Below, in pieces: positions 12,257-23,610 of a stretch of DNA of 64,000 nt. The DNA comes from an uncultured Candidatus Rokubacteria bacterium (lineage in GTDB: Bacteria; Methylomirabilota; Methylomirabilia; Rokubacteriales; CSP1-6), in assembly GCA_963762145.1 (NCBI GenBank), contig CAVXJS010000015.1, forward strand, positions 64,001-128,000, in the 5' to 3' direction. Each line of letters begins with the position of its first letter. Within the stretch, counting starts at the first letter, position 1. The notes below the pieces were generated by a model that saw only the letters and a program-made list of their open reading frames with translations, was not told where the DNA came from and ran no database searches. A program made the position numbers and the translations under genes.

Positions 12257-13588
12257 GTGAGCGTGAGCTCCCCGCGACCGGCAGTCTGGGGCGTCTTCGC
12301 CCGGTTCATCCACGCGGAAGTGACCGGGAGCATCCTGCTCCTGGCCAGCACGGTCGTCGCCCTCGCCTGGGCCAACTCGCCGTGGCGCGAGAGCTATGAC
12401 CACCTGCTCCACATGAAGCTCGGGCTGACGTGGGGCGCGCAGTCCTTCGCACTCTCGCTTCACGAGTGGGTCAACGACGGTCTCATGGTCCTCTTCTTCT
12501 TCGTGGTCGGCCTGGAGATCAAGCGCGAGGTCGTCGTCGGGCACCTGTCCTCGTTGCGACTCGCCGTTCTCCCCGCCTCCGCGGCGGTGGGTGGCATGCT
12601 GCTGCCCGCCGCCATCTATGCCGTCTTCAACGCGACCGGACCGGGCGCCCGCGGGTGGGGCATCCCGATGGCCACCGACATCGCGTTCGCGCTGGGCGTG
12701 CTGGCCCTGCTCGGCTCCCGGGCCCCGGTGGCGCTGAAGGTCTTCCTCACCGCGCTCGCCATCGCCGACGACCTGGGCGCCGTGCTCGTCATCGCGCTCT
12801 TCTACACCGAGACCATCCGCTTGGACGCGCTGGTCTACGCCGCGGTCTTTCTCGCCGGGTTCTTCGTTCTGCTCCGCGCGAGGGTGCGGCAGCCGCTGGT
12901 GCTGCTCATCCCGGTGCTCGCGGTGTGGCTGGCCGTCTTCGCCTCGGGCCTCCACGCGACCGTGGCCGGGATCCTGGTCGCCCTGATGGTGCCGATGAAA
13001 TCACCGATCCGACCGCAGCGCTTCGTGGAGATCGTCCGGAGCCGTCTGCCCGAGCTCGAGCGGGGCGACGTGACCCGGCAGAGCGTTCTGCTCGAGGAGC
13101 GGCAGCTCGACACCGTCCTCGAGCTGCACGAGGCGGCCGCCGATCTCCGACCGCCCGGGCTCACCCTCGAGCGCCTCCTGCATCCGGTGCAGGCCTACCT
13201 GGTCTTGCCGCTTTTCGCCCTCTTCAACGCCGGGATCGCGATCGACGGGCACGTGCTCGATGTCGTGACGGGCCCGATCAGCGTGGGCGTGATCCTGGGC
13301 CTCCTGATCGGCAAGCCGCTCGGCATCATGCTCTTCAGCTGGCTGGCCGTGCGGACCGGGCTGGCCGGCCTCCCACCCGACCTCGGGTGGCCCGCACTGG
13401 GCGCCGTGAGTTTTCTCGCCGGCATCGGGTTCACCATGTCGCTCTTCGTGAGCGAGCTCGCCGTCAAGGCGGGGCCGGCGCTCAGCCAGGCCAAGATCGG
13501 GGTCCTCGCCGCCTCGCTGCTGGCGGGGGCGATCGGCTACCTGCTCCTGCGTCTCACGCTGCCGCGGGCTGCGGACACGCGCCGATGA
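12257..13588 (+). CDS. nhaA: Na+/H+ antiporter NhaA
   Basis: WVNDGLM, GLEIKRE, GWGIPMATDIAF, LAIADDLGA and AGIGFTMSLF. Confidence 0.95.
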   Translation: MSVSSPRPAVWGVFARFIHAEVTGSILLLASTVVALAWANSPWRESYDHLLHMKLGLTWGAQSFALSLHEWVNDGLMVLFFFVVGLEIKREVVVGHLSSLRLAVLPASAAVGGMLLPAAIYAVFNATGPGARGWGIPMATDIAFALGVLALLGSRAPVALKVFLTALAIADDLGAVLVIALFYTETIRLDALVYAAVFLAGFFVLLRARVRQPLVLLIPVLAVWLAVFASGLHATVAGILVALMVPMKSPIRPQRFVEIVRSRLPELERGDVTRQSVLLEERQLDTVLELHEAAADLRPPGLTLERLLHPVQAYLVLPLFALFNAGIAIDGHVLDVVTGPISVGVILGLLIGKPLGIMLFSWLAVRTGLAGLPPDLGWPALGAVSFLAGIGFTMSLFVSELAVKAGPALSQAKIGVLAASLLAGAIGYLLLRLTLPRAADTRR

Positions 13589-13598
13589 TCAACGGGCG

Positions 13599-15371
13599 CT
13601 AGACGGAACCGGGCGCGGACAGGGCCTTGGCGCTCGAGATTAGCGCCAGGTGCGTGAACGCCTGGGGGAAGTTGCCCACGAGGCGCTTGAGGCCCGGGTC
13701 GTATTCCTCGGCGAACAGGCCGACGTCGTTCTGCACGGCCAGAAGCCGGCGGAACAGAGCCTCGGCCTCCGGCCGGCGGCCGATCAGCGCCAGCGCGTTG
13801 ACCAGCCAGAAGCTGCACGCCAGGAACGCGCCCTCGCCGGGCGGCAGCCCGTCCGCCGCATGGTCGTCCGGTATGTAGCGCATCACGAAGCCATCCCGGA
13901 CGAGCTCGCGCTGGACGGCCTCGACGGTCCCGACGACGCGCGGATCGGACGGCGGGAGGAATCCGACCTGCGGGATCAGCAGCAGTGCGGCATCGAGCTG
14001 CCTGGAGCCGTAGTACTGCGTGAACGTGTTGCGGCCGGCGTCGTAGCCCTCGCGGCACACCTCCGCGTGGATGTCGGCGCGCATCTGCCGGAAGCGTTCC
14101 ACCGGGCCGTCGAGCCCCAGCTCCTCGATCGCCCGGATCGTGCGGTCGGCGGCCACCCAGGCCATGACCTTCGAGTGCACGAAGTGCCGCTTCGGGCCGC
14201 GCACCTCCCATATTCCTTCATCGGGCTCCCGCCAGTGCGACTCGAGCCACTCGATGACACGCCGCTGCACGCTCCATCCCTGGGGTGCCGGCGGCATCCC
14301 GAGCTGCCGAGCCCGAGACACGGTGTCGATCACCTCGCCATATACGTCCAGCTGTCGCTGACCGGACGCGGCGTTGCCGACCCGGACCGGACGCGAGTTC
14401 TCGTAGCCGGGCAGCCAGTCGAGCTCGTACTCGTCGAGCCGGCGCTCTCCGCCGAGGCCGTACATGATCTGGAGCTCCTCGGGATCACCCGCGACCGCGC
14501 GCAGCACCCAGTCACGCCACCTGACCGCCTCGTCCACGTAACCGGCCGACATCAGCGCGTCCAGCGTGAAGACGGCATCCCGCAGCCAGCAGAAGCGGTA
14601 GTCCCAGTTCCGGACCCCGCCGATGAACTCCGGCAGCGAGGTCGTCGGGGCGGCCACGATCCCGCCCGTCGGCGCGTACGTCAGCGCCTTGAGCGTGAGC
14701 AGCGAGCGCCCCACCTCCTCGGGCCAGCCGCCCCGGTAGGTGGAACGGCCCGACCACTCCCGCCACCACGCCTCGGTCTCGCCAAGCGCGGCGGCGGGCT
14801 CGACGGGTGCCGGGGGCGCCTCCCACGAGGGATACGAGGTGAGCAGGAAGCTCACGCGCAGGCCGGGGCCGACCGTGAACTCGGCCGAGTGCTCGAAGTC
14901 GTGGCCGCGAAGCGGCACATCGCCGCGCAGCTCGAGCGCGTCCGGACCGGCGCCCACGCGAAGCGCGTCGCCGTCCTGGCTCACCCAGGGCCGGCTGCGT
15001 CCATAGTCGAAGCGGGGCTTGAAGCGCATCCTCATCGGCACCTCGCCTCGCACGCCCTCGACCACCCGCACGATCCGCGAGTGCGACCTCCACGGCGGCA
15101 TGCAGTCGACGACGCGCGCGGCGCCGTCCGCGGTCTCGAACTCCGTCTCGAGCACGAGCGTCGGACCCCGGTAGCGCCGCGTGGTCCGGGCCACCTCGGC
15201 GCGAGGGGCCACGTCCCAGAATCCGTGCTCGCCCGTCCCGAGCAACGACGCGAAGCACGCGGGGGCGTCAAAACGGGGCAGGCAGAGCCAGTCGATGGAC
15301 CCGTTGGTGCCGACCAGCGCGATCGTATGCGTGTCGCCGATCAGCGCGTAATCCTCTATGCGCAGTGACAT
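13599..15371 (-). CDS. Glycoside hydrolase family 15 (trehalase/glucoamylase-like)
   Basis: IEDYALIGD, AAPTTSLPE, RNWDYRFCWLRD and GNFPQAFTH. Confidence 0.92.
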   Translation of the reverse strand: MSLRIEDYALIGDTHTIALVGTNGSIDWLCLPRFDAPACFASLLGTGEHGFWDVAPRAEVARTTRRYRGPTLVLETEFETADGAARVVDCMPPWRSHSRIVRVVEGVRGEVPMRMRFKPRFDYGRSRPWVSQDGDALRVGAGPDALELRGDVPLRGHDFEHSAEFTVGPGLRVSFLLTSYPSWEAPPAPVEPAAALGETEAWWREWSGRSTYRGGWPEEVGRSLLTLKALTYAPTGGIVAAPTTSLPEFIGGVRNWDYRFCWLRDAVFTLDALMSAGYVDEAVRWRDWVLRAVAGDPEELQIMYGLGGERRLDEYELDWLPGYENSRPVRVGNAASGQRQLDVYGEVIDTVSRARQLGMPPAPQGWSVQRRVIEWLESHWREPDEGIWEVRGPKRHFVHSKVMAWVAADRTIRAIEELGLDGPVERFRQMRADIHAEVCREGYDAGRNTFTQYYGSRQLDAALLLIPQVGFLPPSDPRVVGTVEAVQRELVRDGFVMRYIPDDHAADGLPPGEGAFLACSFWLVNALALIGRRPEAEALFRRLLAVQNDVGLFAEEYDPGLKRLVGNFPQAFTHLALISSAKALSAPGSV

Positions 15372-15444
15372 CCGGGCGATCTTAACCCACCCCGAGAGCC
15401 ACTTGACCTGGAGTTCTTTTCGGCGGATTCTTCAGCGCGTCGAG

Positions 15445-16482
15445 ATGCCAAGGGTGCTCACCAGCAGACTCCTCGCCGTGATCCTGGCCGCCACGCTGCT
15501 CCCCGCCTTCGCCCCCGCGGCCCGGGCCCAGAACCTGGACGATCTCTTCCGCAAGGTGAGCCCGGCCGTCGTCGTCGTGCGGAGCAAGGGGCGCGACGTC
15601 GGCCCCACGGGGATCTTCCGCTTCAGGGAGACGGGGTCCGGGGTCCTGATCTCCAGCAACGGCCAGGTGGCGACGGCCGCGCACGTCGTCAACGGCATGG
15701 ACGAGATCACCGTCGAGGGTGTCGGCGGTGAGGTCGTGCGCGCGACCCTCCTCTCAGCCGATGCGGCCGCCGATGTCGCGCTCCTGCAGCTCGAGCGGGT
15801 GACCAAGGCCATGCGGGTCGCGCAGATGGGCGACTCCGACACGGTGCAGGTGGGCCAGCAGGCCCTCATCGTCGGCGCGCCCTACGGGCTCTCGTACTCG
15901 ATGAGCGTGGGCTGGATCAGCGCCCGCTGGCCGCCCAACACGATCTTCCCCGACATGCCCCTGGCGGAGTTTCTTCAGACCACCGCCACCATCAACACCG
16001 GCAACTCCGGGGGCCCCCTGTTCAACATGGCAGGCGAGGTCATCGGCATCGTCAGCCAGAACATCTCGAAGTCCGGCGGCAGCGAGGGGCTGGGCTTCGT
16101 CGTGACCATCAACAGCGCGCGACGCCTCCTGGTCCCCCGGAAGGTGTTCTGGGGTGCGCTCCAGGGCCTCCTCCTCACCGGCGACCTCGCGGCGATCTTC
16201 AACGTCCCCGCGCCGGCCGGGTTCCTCGTCAAGACGGTCGCCCAGGGCTCGACGGCGTGGAACATGGGGCTGCAGGGGGGCGACCGGGTCGTCACCATCG
16301 GCGGGAAGGAGATCGCCCTGGGTGGCGACATCATCCTCTCGGTCGACGGCATCCCCGTGGTGTCCGAGGACAGCATCGAGATGATCCGCAACCGGCTGGC
16401 CGGCGGGTCCCCGGGCACCACGCTCAAGATGAGCGTGCTCCGCGCCGGCAAGGTCCTCGAGCTCACCGGCACGAGCCAGTAG
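15445..16482 (+). CDS. HtrA/DegP-like serine protease with PDZ domain
   Basis: Signal peptide, GSGVLI, TAAHVV and GNSGGPL, with a C-terminal PDZ-like region. Confidence 0.88.
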   Translation: MPRVLTSRLLAVILAATLLPAFAPAARAQNLDDLFRKVSPAVVVVRSKGRDVGPTGIFRFRETGSGVLISSNGQVATAAHVVNGMDEITVEGVGGEVVRATLLSADAAADVALLQLERVTKAMRVAQMGDSDTVQVGQQALIVGAPYGLSYSMSVGWISARWPPNTIFPDMPLAEFLQTTATINTGNSGGPLFNMAGEVIGIVSQNISKSGGSEGLGFVVTINSARRLLVPRKVFWGALQGLLLTGDLAAIFNVPAPAGFLVKTVAQGSTAWNMGLQGGDRVVTIGGKEIALGGDIILSVDGIPVVSEDSIEMIRNRLAGGSPGTTLKMSVLRAGKVLELTGTSQ

Positions 16483-16592
16483 CCGGTCCGGCCCGAGGCG
16501 TAGCACCAAGGTCTTATAGACCCGGCTCCTCGTGTCCGCGACTCTAAGATCGCACGACGTCCGCTACCCGAGCCGTGCCTGGAGGTGACGCG

Positions 16593-17687
16593 ATGAAGGC
16601 AACGCAGATGCTTCACGAGCTGGGCCAGAGCCTGTGGCTCGACAACATCACGCGTGACATGCTGCAGAACGGCACGCTCAAGCGGTACATCGACGAGCTG
16701 TCGGTCACCGGCCTCACGTCCAACCCGACGATCTTCAACCAGGCCATCAAGAGCAGCACCGCCTACGATGCCGCGATCCACCAGAAGCTCCGGGAGGGCA
16801 AGACCGGAGAGGCGCTGTTCTTCGAGCTGGCGCTCGCCGACCTCACCCAGGCCGCCGATCTGTTCCGGCCGATCTGGGACCGGACGAACGGCGTGGACGG
16901 CTGGGTGTCGCTCGAGGTCTCGCCACTGCTCGCCTACGATACGGCCAGCACCCTCGCCGCGGCCAAGGACCTGCACGCCCGCGCGGGGCGCCCCAACCTC
17001 TTCATCAAGATCCCCGGCACCTCGGAGGGCTTACCCGCCATCGAGGAGGCGATCTTCGCGGGGGTCCCGATCAACGTGACGCTCCTGTTCTCGCGCCAGC
17101 AGTACGTGGCGGCCGCCGAGGCGTTCCTTCGCGGCATCGAGCGGCGCATCGCGGCCGGGCTCAAGCCCGAGGTCGGGTCGGTGGCCTCGGTGTTCGTCAG
17201 CCGATGGGACGCCGCCGTCGCGGCCAAGGTGCCGGAGGCGCTGCACAACCAGCTGGGCATCGCCATCGCGAAGCGCACCTACAAGGCGGCCCGCGCCCTG
17301 CTCGGCTCGCCGCGCTGGGGGCGCGCCTACAATGCCGGCGCCCGTCCGCAACGCCCCCTGTGGGCCAGCACGGGAACCAAGGACCCGCAGGCGTCCGACG
17401 TGCTCTACGTCAAGGCGCTCGCCGCCCCGTTCACGGTGAACACGATGCCCGAGGGCACCTTGAAGGCGCTCGCCGACCACGGCCAGCTCAGCGAGATCCT
17501 GCCCGCGGACGGGGGTAACTGTGAAGAGGTGATCGCGCAGTTCGCGCGGGCCGGCGTCGATGTCGATGCCCTCGCCGCCCAGCTCCAGGACGAAGGGGCG
17601 AAGTCCTTCGTGAAGTCCTGGCACGAGCTCATGACGGTCCTCGACTCCAAGAGCGCGGCCCTGGGGACCGCGCGCAAGGCTCCGTGA
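16593..17687 (+). CDS. tal: Transaldolase
   Basis: GQSLWLDNI, GLTSNPTIF, FIKIPGT, NVTLLFS and LWASTGTK. Confidence 0.95.
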   Translation: MKATQMLHELGQSLWLDNITRDMLQNGTLKRYIDELSVTGLTSNPTIFNQAIKSSTAYDAAIHQKLREGKTGEALFFELALADLTQAADLFRPIWDRTNGVDGWVSLEVSPLLAYDTASTLAAAKDLHARAGRPNLFIKIPGTSEGLPAIEEAIFAGVPINVTLLFSRQQYVAAAEAFLRGIERRIAAGLKPEVGSVASVFVSRWDAAVAAKVPEALHNQLGIAIAKRTYKAARALLGSPRWGRAYNAGARPQRPLWASTGTKDPQASDVLYVKALAAPFTVNTMPEGTLKALADHGQLSEILPADGGNCEEVIAQFARAGVDVDALAAQLQDEGAKSFVKSWHELMTVLDSKSAALGTARKAP

Positions 17688-18400
17688 AGATCCTGGTCGT
17701 CGACATCGGCGGGACCAACGTCAAGATGCTCGCGAGCGGGCAGCGCGAGCCACGCAAGTTCCCTTCCGGCCCGACCCTGACGCCCCGGCAGATGGCGGCT
17801 GGAGTCAAGCAGGCTGTCCAGGGGTGGCAGTACGATGCGGTATCGATCGGCTACCCGGGGCCGGTGCGCCTTGGCCAGCCCGCCTCGGAGCCCCACAATC
17901 TCGGCAAGGGATGGGTCGCGTTCAACTATCGCGCCGCCTTCGGGCGACCCGTGAAGATCATCAACGACGCGGCGATGCAGGCGCTGGGAAGCTACGAGGG
18001 CGGGAGGATGCTGTTCCTGGGGCTCGGGACCGGGCTCGGCTCGACCCTGATCGCCGACGGCGTCATCCAGCCGATGGAGCTCGGTCACCTGCCCTACCGG
18101 AAGGGCACCTTCGAGGATTACCTGGGGATACGGGGCCTGGAGCAGAGGGGGAAGAAGAAGTGGCGGGCCGCGGTCGAGGACGCCGTCGCCCGTCTCGTCG
18201 CGGCCCTGCAACCCGATACCGTGGTGCTCGGGGGAGGCAACGTCAAGAAGCTGAAGGCGCTACCGCCCCTCTCTCGGGCCGGCGTCAACGCCAACGCATT
18301 CCGGGGAGGCTTCCGCCTGTGGGAGGCGACGGACGACGGCAAGATGTCCGTCAAGCCGAGCCGGCTGCTCTCCCCGGAAAGACACCTGAAGCTCCGCTAA
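17684..18400 (+). CDS. ROK family sugar kinase (polyphosphate glucokinase-like)
   Basis: [27 protein letters not shown] and ELGHL. Confidence 0.85.
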   Translation: MKILVVDIGGTNVKMLASGQREPRKFPSGPTLTPRQMAAGVKQAVQGWQYDAVSIGYPGPVRLGQPASEPHNLGKGWVAFNYRAAFGRPVKIINDAAMQALGSYEGGRMLFLGLGTGLGSTLIADGVIQPMELGHLPYRKGTFEDYLGIRGLEQRGKKKWRAAVEDAVARLVAALQPDTVVLGGGNVKKLKALPPLSRAGVNANAFRGGFRLWEATDDGKMSVKPSRLLSPERHLKLR

Positions 18401-18410
18401 GGAGGCACCA

Positions 18411-19432
18411 ATGCAGCTCGGAATGATCGGCCTCGGTCGGATGGGCGCCAACATGGTGCGCCGGCTCATCGCGGGCGGCCATCAGTGCGTGGTCTTCGAC
18501 ATGTCCCCGAACGCGGTGAAGGAGCTGGCCCAGGAGAACGCGATCGGGGCGGCCTCGCCCGCCGACTTCGTGAAGAAGCTGGACAAGCCGCGCGCGCTCT
18601 GGCTGATGGTCCCGGCGGCCGTCGTGGACAGCACCATCGACGCCGTGCTGCCCCATCTCGAGCGGGGCGACATCGTCATCGACGGCGGCAATTCCTACTA
18701 CGTCGACGACATCCGGCGCGCCAAGGAGCTCGCCGCCAAGGGCATCCACTACGTGGACGTGGGGACGAGCGGTGGGGTGTGGGGCCTGACCCGCGGGTAC
18801 TGCATGATGATCGGCGGCGAGGAGGCGGTGGTCAAGCACCTCGATCCGATCTTCGCCCGCCTGGCTCCCGGTGCGACCGAGATCGAGCGCACCCCGGGGC
18901 GCGAGAAGATCAAGGGCACCGCCGAGCAGGGATATCTCCACTGCGGGCCGAACGGCGCCGGCCATTTCGTCAAGATGGTGCACAACGGCATCGAGTACGG
19001 CGCTGATGGCCGCCTATGCCGAGGGCATGGGCATCCTGCGGTCCGCCAATGTCGGCAAGCAGGACCACGCCAGCGACGCCGAGACGACGCCGCTGCGCGA
19101 CCCCGAGCACTACCAGTACGACTTCAACCTGCCCGACATCGCCGAGGTGTGGCGGCGCGGCAGCGTCATCGCCTCGTGGCTGCTCGACCTGACCGCGATC
19201 GCCCTGATCAAGGATCCCGACCCTCTCCAAATTCGCGGGCCGGGTCTCCGACTCGGGCGAGGGGCGGTGGACGATCAAGGCCGCCATCGACGAGGCCGTG
19301 CCGGCGCACGGTCCTGTCGCCGCCCTGTACGAGCGATTCAGCTCGCGCGGCGAGGCAGAGTTCCAGGACAAGCTGCTCTCGGCCATGCGCTTCGAGTTCG
19401 GCGGCCACCACGAGAAGCCGGGCGGCAAGTAG
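18411..19432 (+). CDS. gnd: 6-phosphogluconate dehydrogenase (decarboxylating, short type); frameshifted
   Basis: [33 protein letters not shown], then WRRGSVI and AMRFEFGGH in shifted frames. Confidence 0.9.
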
Positions 19433-19454
19433 CGCCCCGCCGGAAGGAGCTGCC

Positions 19455-20850
19455 GTGAGCACGTCCCACTCCGACGCCCTGGTCTTCTTCGGCGCCACCG
19501 GCGACCTGGCCTACAAGAAGATCTTCCCGTCGCTCCAGGCGATGGCGAAGCGCGGCCACCTCGACGTGCCGGTCATCGGCGTGGCCAAGGCGGGCTGGAG
19601 CCTCGAGCAGCTCAAGGCCCGGGCGAAGGACAGCCTCGAGAAGCACGGCGGACTCGATCCGGCCGCGTTCGCCAAGCTCGCCGGCCTGCTGCGCTACGTC
19701 GACGGCGACTACCACGATCCGGCGACGTTCGCGGCGATTCGCGAAGCGAGCTCGGCTCGGCCCAGCGCCCGGCGCACTACCTGGCCATCCCGCCCGTCCT
19801 GTTCGGGCTGGTGGTGGAGCAGCTCGCCGGTCGGGCTGCGCCAAGGCGGCCCGCGTCATCGTCGAGAAGCCCTTCGGGACCGACCTCGCCTCGGCCAGGA
19901 GCTGAACCGGATCCTGCTCAGCACCTTCGACGAGAAGTCGATCTTCCGCATCGACCACTACCTCGGCAAGCGGCCGGTCCACAACATGCTCTTCTTCCGC
20001 TTCGCGAACACGTTCCTCGAGCCGTTCTGGAACCGCCAGCACGTCGAGAGCGTGCAGATCACCATGGCCGAGAACTTCGGCGTCCAGGGCCGCGGCGCGT
20101 TCTACGACGCGACCGGCACCATCCGCGACGTGATCCAGAACCACCTGCTTCCAGGTCCTGACCAACCTGGCCATGGAACCGCCGGTCCGGACCGACAGCG
20201 AATCGATCCGCGACGAGAAGGTCAAGGTCCTCAAGGCGATGCCGCCGCTCGGCGCCGAAGAACGTCGTCCGCGGCCAGTTCCGCGGCTACCGCCAGGAGA
20301 CGGGCGTGGCGCCGGACTCCAGGTCGAGACCTTCGCCGCGCTGCGAGCTCGACGATCGACTCGTGGCGCTGGAAGAGGCGTGCCGTTCTACATCCGCGCC
20401 GGGAAGACTCTGCCGGTCACCTGCACCGAGATCCTCGTCCGGCTCCGCCAGCCGCCGACGATGTATCCAGCACTTCGACCTCAAGCCGAACTACTTTCGG
20501 CTTCCGCATCAGTCCCGACGTCACGATCGCCCTCGGCATGAACGTCATGGCGCCGGGCGAGGAGATGGTCGGCGAGCGGTCGAGACTGCTGGCAGCCGCC
20601 ACCCCGCGCGGACGAGATGGACGCCTACGAGCGGGTGCTCGGCGACGCGATGGACGGCGACGCGACCCTGTTCGCCCGCGAGGACTACGTCGAGGAGGCG
20701 TGGCGCATCGTCGACCCGGTGCTGAAGGCGAGCACACCGGTCTACGAATACGAGCCCGGCACCTGGGGACCGCCAAGGAGGTCGTGACCAGCAGATGTCG
20801 CCTCCCGGCGGCTGGCATGGCCCGACGATCGACCGCCGGCCGCCCGGCGC
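19455..20850 (+). CDS. zwf: Glucose-6-phosphate 1-dehydrogenase; multiple frameshifts, end approximate
   Basis: [40 protein letters not shown] and AYERVL across frames. Confidence 0.88.
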
Positions 20851-20890
20851 AGCGAGGAGAGACCGATGAGGGTCGCCGCATCGTGACCCG

Positions 20891-22970
20891 ATGACCGACG
20901 CAGAGCTCGACCAGCTCGCGATCAACACCATCCGCACCCTCTCGATCGACGCGGTCCAGCAGGCGAAGTCCGGACACCCCGGCACGCCGATGGCGCTCGC
21001 CCCGCTCGTCTACACGATCTGGAACCGCGTCATGCGCTTCGATCCCGCAGGACCCGATCTGGCCCAACCGCGATCGGTTCGTGCTCTCGAACGGCCACGC
21101 CTCGATGCTGCTCTGGTCCGTGCTCCACCTGACCGGCGACCCAGGCGGTGAACGCCGACTACGAGCGGCTCGGGCACGCCTCGGTGACGCTCGACGACAT
21201 CCGCCACTTCCGCCAGCTCGACAGCAAGGCGCCCGGGCATCCCGAGTATCACTGGGTCTCCGGCGTCGAGACGACGACCGGCCCGCTCGGGCAGGGCGTC
21301 GCCACCAGCGTCGGCATGGCCATCGCACAGAAGTGGCTCGCCGACCGCTACAACCGGCCCGGCTTCGAGATCTTCGACTACGACATCTACGCCGTCTGCG
21401 GCGACGGCTGCCTGATGGAGGGCGTCGCGTCCGAGGCGGCGTCGCTGGCCGGGCACCTCGGGCCTCGACAACCTCTGCTGGGTCTACGACAACAACCACA
21501 TCACGATCGAAGGGCAGCACCGACATCGCCTTCACCGAGGATGTCGCGGCCCGGTTCCTCGCGTACGGCTGGAACGTGCTGCGCGTGGGCGACGCCAACG
21601 ACATCGATCGCATCGAGCACGCGCCTCGACGTCTTCCGGAAGACGAAGGGCCGCCCGACCTTCATCGTCCTCGACAGCCACATCGGCTACGGCTCCCCGC
21701 ACAAGCAGGACACCGCCGCCGCCCACGGCGAGCCGCTCGGCGACGACGAGGTCCGGCTCGCCAAGCGCAGCTACGGCTGGCCCGAGGACGCGCAGTTCCT
21801 CGTCCCCGACGGCGTCCGCGAGCACTTCGCCGCCGGCATCGGCGCGCGCGGCGCGGCCGCGCCGGAGCAGCTGGACGGAACTCTTCGCGGCCTATCGCGC
21901 CAAGTATCCCCGAGCTCGCGACCGAGATCGAGCAGATGCAGCGGCGCGAGCTGCCGGCCGGGTGGGACCGCGAACCTCCCGGTCTTCCCGGCCGACGCGA
22001 AGGGCATCGCGGGGCGGGACGCGTCGGGCAAGGTGCTGAACGTGCTCGCGCAGAACATCCCCTGGTTCCTCGGCGGCTCGGCGGACCTCGGCCCGTCGAA
22101 CAAGACGCACGCTGACTACGAGGGCGCCGGCGACTTCCAGGCCGACACGCCGGGCGGCAAGAACCTGCACTTCGGCATCCGCGAGCACGCGATGGCCGCG
22201 ATCGTGAACGGCCTGTCGCTCTCGAAGCTCCGGGCCTTCGGCGCGACCTTCTTCATCTTCAGCGACTACGCGCGGCCGGCGATCCGGCTCTCGGCGCTGA
22301 TGGAGCTGCCGGCCCTCTTCGTCTTCACGCACGACGCCATGGGCGACGGCGAGGACGGCCCGACCCACCAGCCGGTCGAGCAGCTGGCGTCGCTGCGCGC
22401 CATCCCCGGGCTGGTCATCGCTGCGGCCCGGCGACGCCAACGAGGTCGTCGAGGCCTATCGCTACATCATGCAGCTGCGCCACCAGCCGGCGGTGCTGGC
22501 GCTGTCGCGCCAGCCCCTGCCGACCCTGGATCGGCAGCAAGTACGCGCCGGCCGCCGGCGTCGCCCGCGGCGCCTACGTGCTCGCCGACGCCCCGGCGGC
22601 AAGCCCGAGGTGATCCTCATCGCTCGGGCAGCGAGGTGATCCTCGCGGTCGCAGGCCCACGAGAAGCTACGTCGCCGAGGGCATCCGCTCGCGCGTGGTC
22701 TCGATGCCGTCCTGGGACATCTTCGAGCACCAGACGCCGGAGTACCGGGAGAGCGTGCTGCCGCCGACAGTGAAGGCGCGCGTCGCCGTGGAGCAGGCCT
22801 CGACGATCGGCTGGGAGCGCTACGTCGGCGACGCGGGCCGCGTCATCGGCATGAAGACCTTCGGCGCCTCGGCGCCGCTCAAGGAGCTGCAGAAGAAGTT
22901 CGGCTTCGAGCCCGACCACGTGGTGGCGGCGGCGAAGGAGGTGCTGGGCCGGAACCGAGCACGCGCATGA
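20891..22970 (+). CDS. tkt: Transketolase; multiple frameshifts
   Basis: [48 protein letters not shown] and FGASAP. Confidence 0.92.
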
Positions 22971-23018
22971 TCACCGCCGGCCCTTGCTCCCGGGCGTTCA
23001 CCGTGATCGGATAGCGCC

Positions 23019-23606
23019 GTGACGCCACAGCCCGCCGCCGCATCGACCGCACCACCCACGAACTACCCGGTCCAGTGGGCGCTCACGTCTCGGGCGGTCC
23101 TGGCGATGCTTTTCGGCCTGGCCGAGGGCGCGATGATCCTCCTGGCGTTCTGGCTACCCCGCATCACGGCGGGCCTGATGGGCACGATGTTCATGGGCTT
23201 CGCACTGCTGGACGGCCTCGTGGCCCTCTTCGCAGCCGTCTGGGGGTGGCGCCGCGGCGGCCGCTGGCGTCTACTCGCCTGCAAGGGCGTGACCGGAGTC
23301 ACCGCGGGGGTCGCGGTCATGTTCCAGACTCCCGGTCAAAAGCCGGGCGCGCTGGCCATCTTCGCGTGGTGGGCGATCATCACCGGATTGCTCCAGGGCG
23401 TGGAGGCCATCTTCCTCGGTGCCCACCGGGGCCGACCGGTCCTCGTGGCGACCGCCGTGCTCTCGCTGGCCTTCGGGTCACTGATCCTGGGCCGGCCGCC
23501 CCGGGACCTGATGACGCTGGTCATGCATGTCGCCGCCTACGGCATCCTGCTCGGCATCCTGCGTCTGATCGTGGCCACTCGGCTGCGGAGCCCCGACCTG
23601 GTCTGA
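23019..23606 (+). CDS. HdeD/DUF308 family membrane protein
   Basis: About six hydrophobic segments, with FALLDG and WAIITG patterns. Confidence 0.65.
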   Translation: MTPQPAAASTAPPTNYPVQWALTSRAVLAMLFGLAEGAMILLAFWLPRITAGLMGTMFMGFALLDGLVALFAAVWGWRRGGRWRLLACKGVTGVTAGVAVMFQTPGQKPGALAIFAWWAIITGLLQGVEAIFLGAHRGRPVLVATAVLSLAFGSLILGRPPRDLMTLVMHVAAYGILLGILRLIVATRLRSPDLV

Positions 23607-23610
23607 AGCA

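Noticed and set aside
18411-20894. Apparent Gnd-Zwf fusion (827 aa)
   Set aside because: gnd ends at TAG 19432 in another frame and zwf has its own RBS and GTG. An indel artefact.
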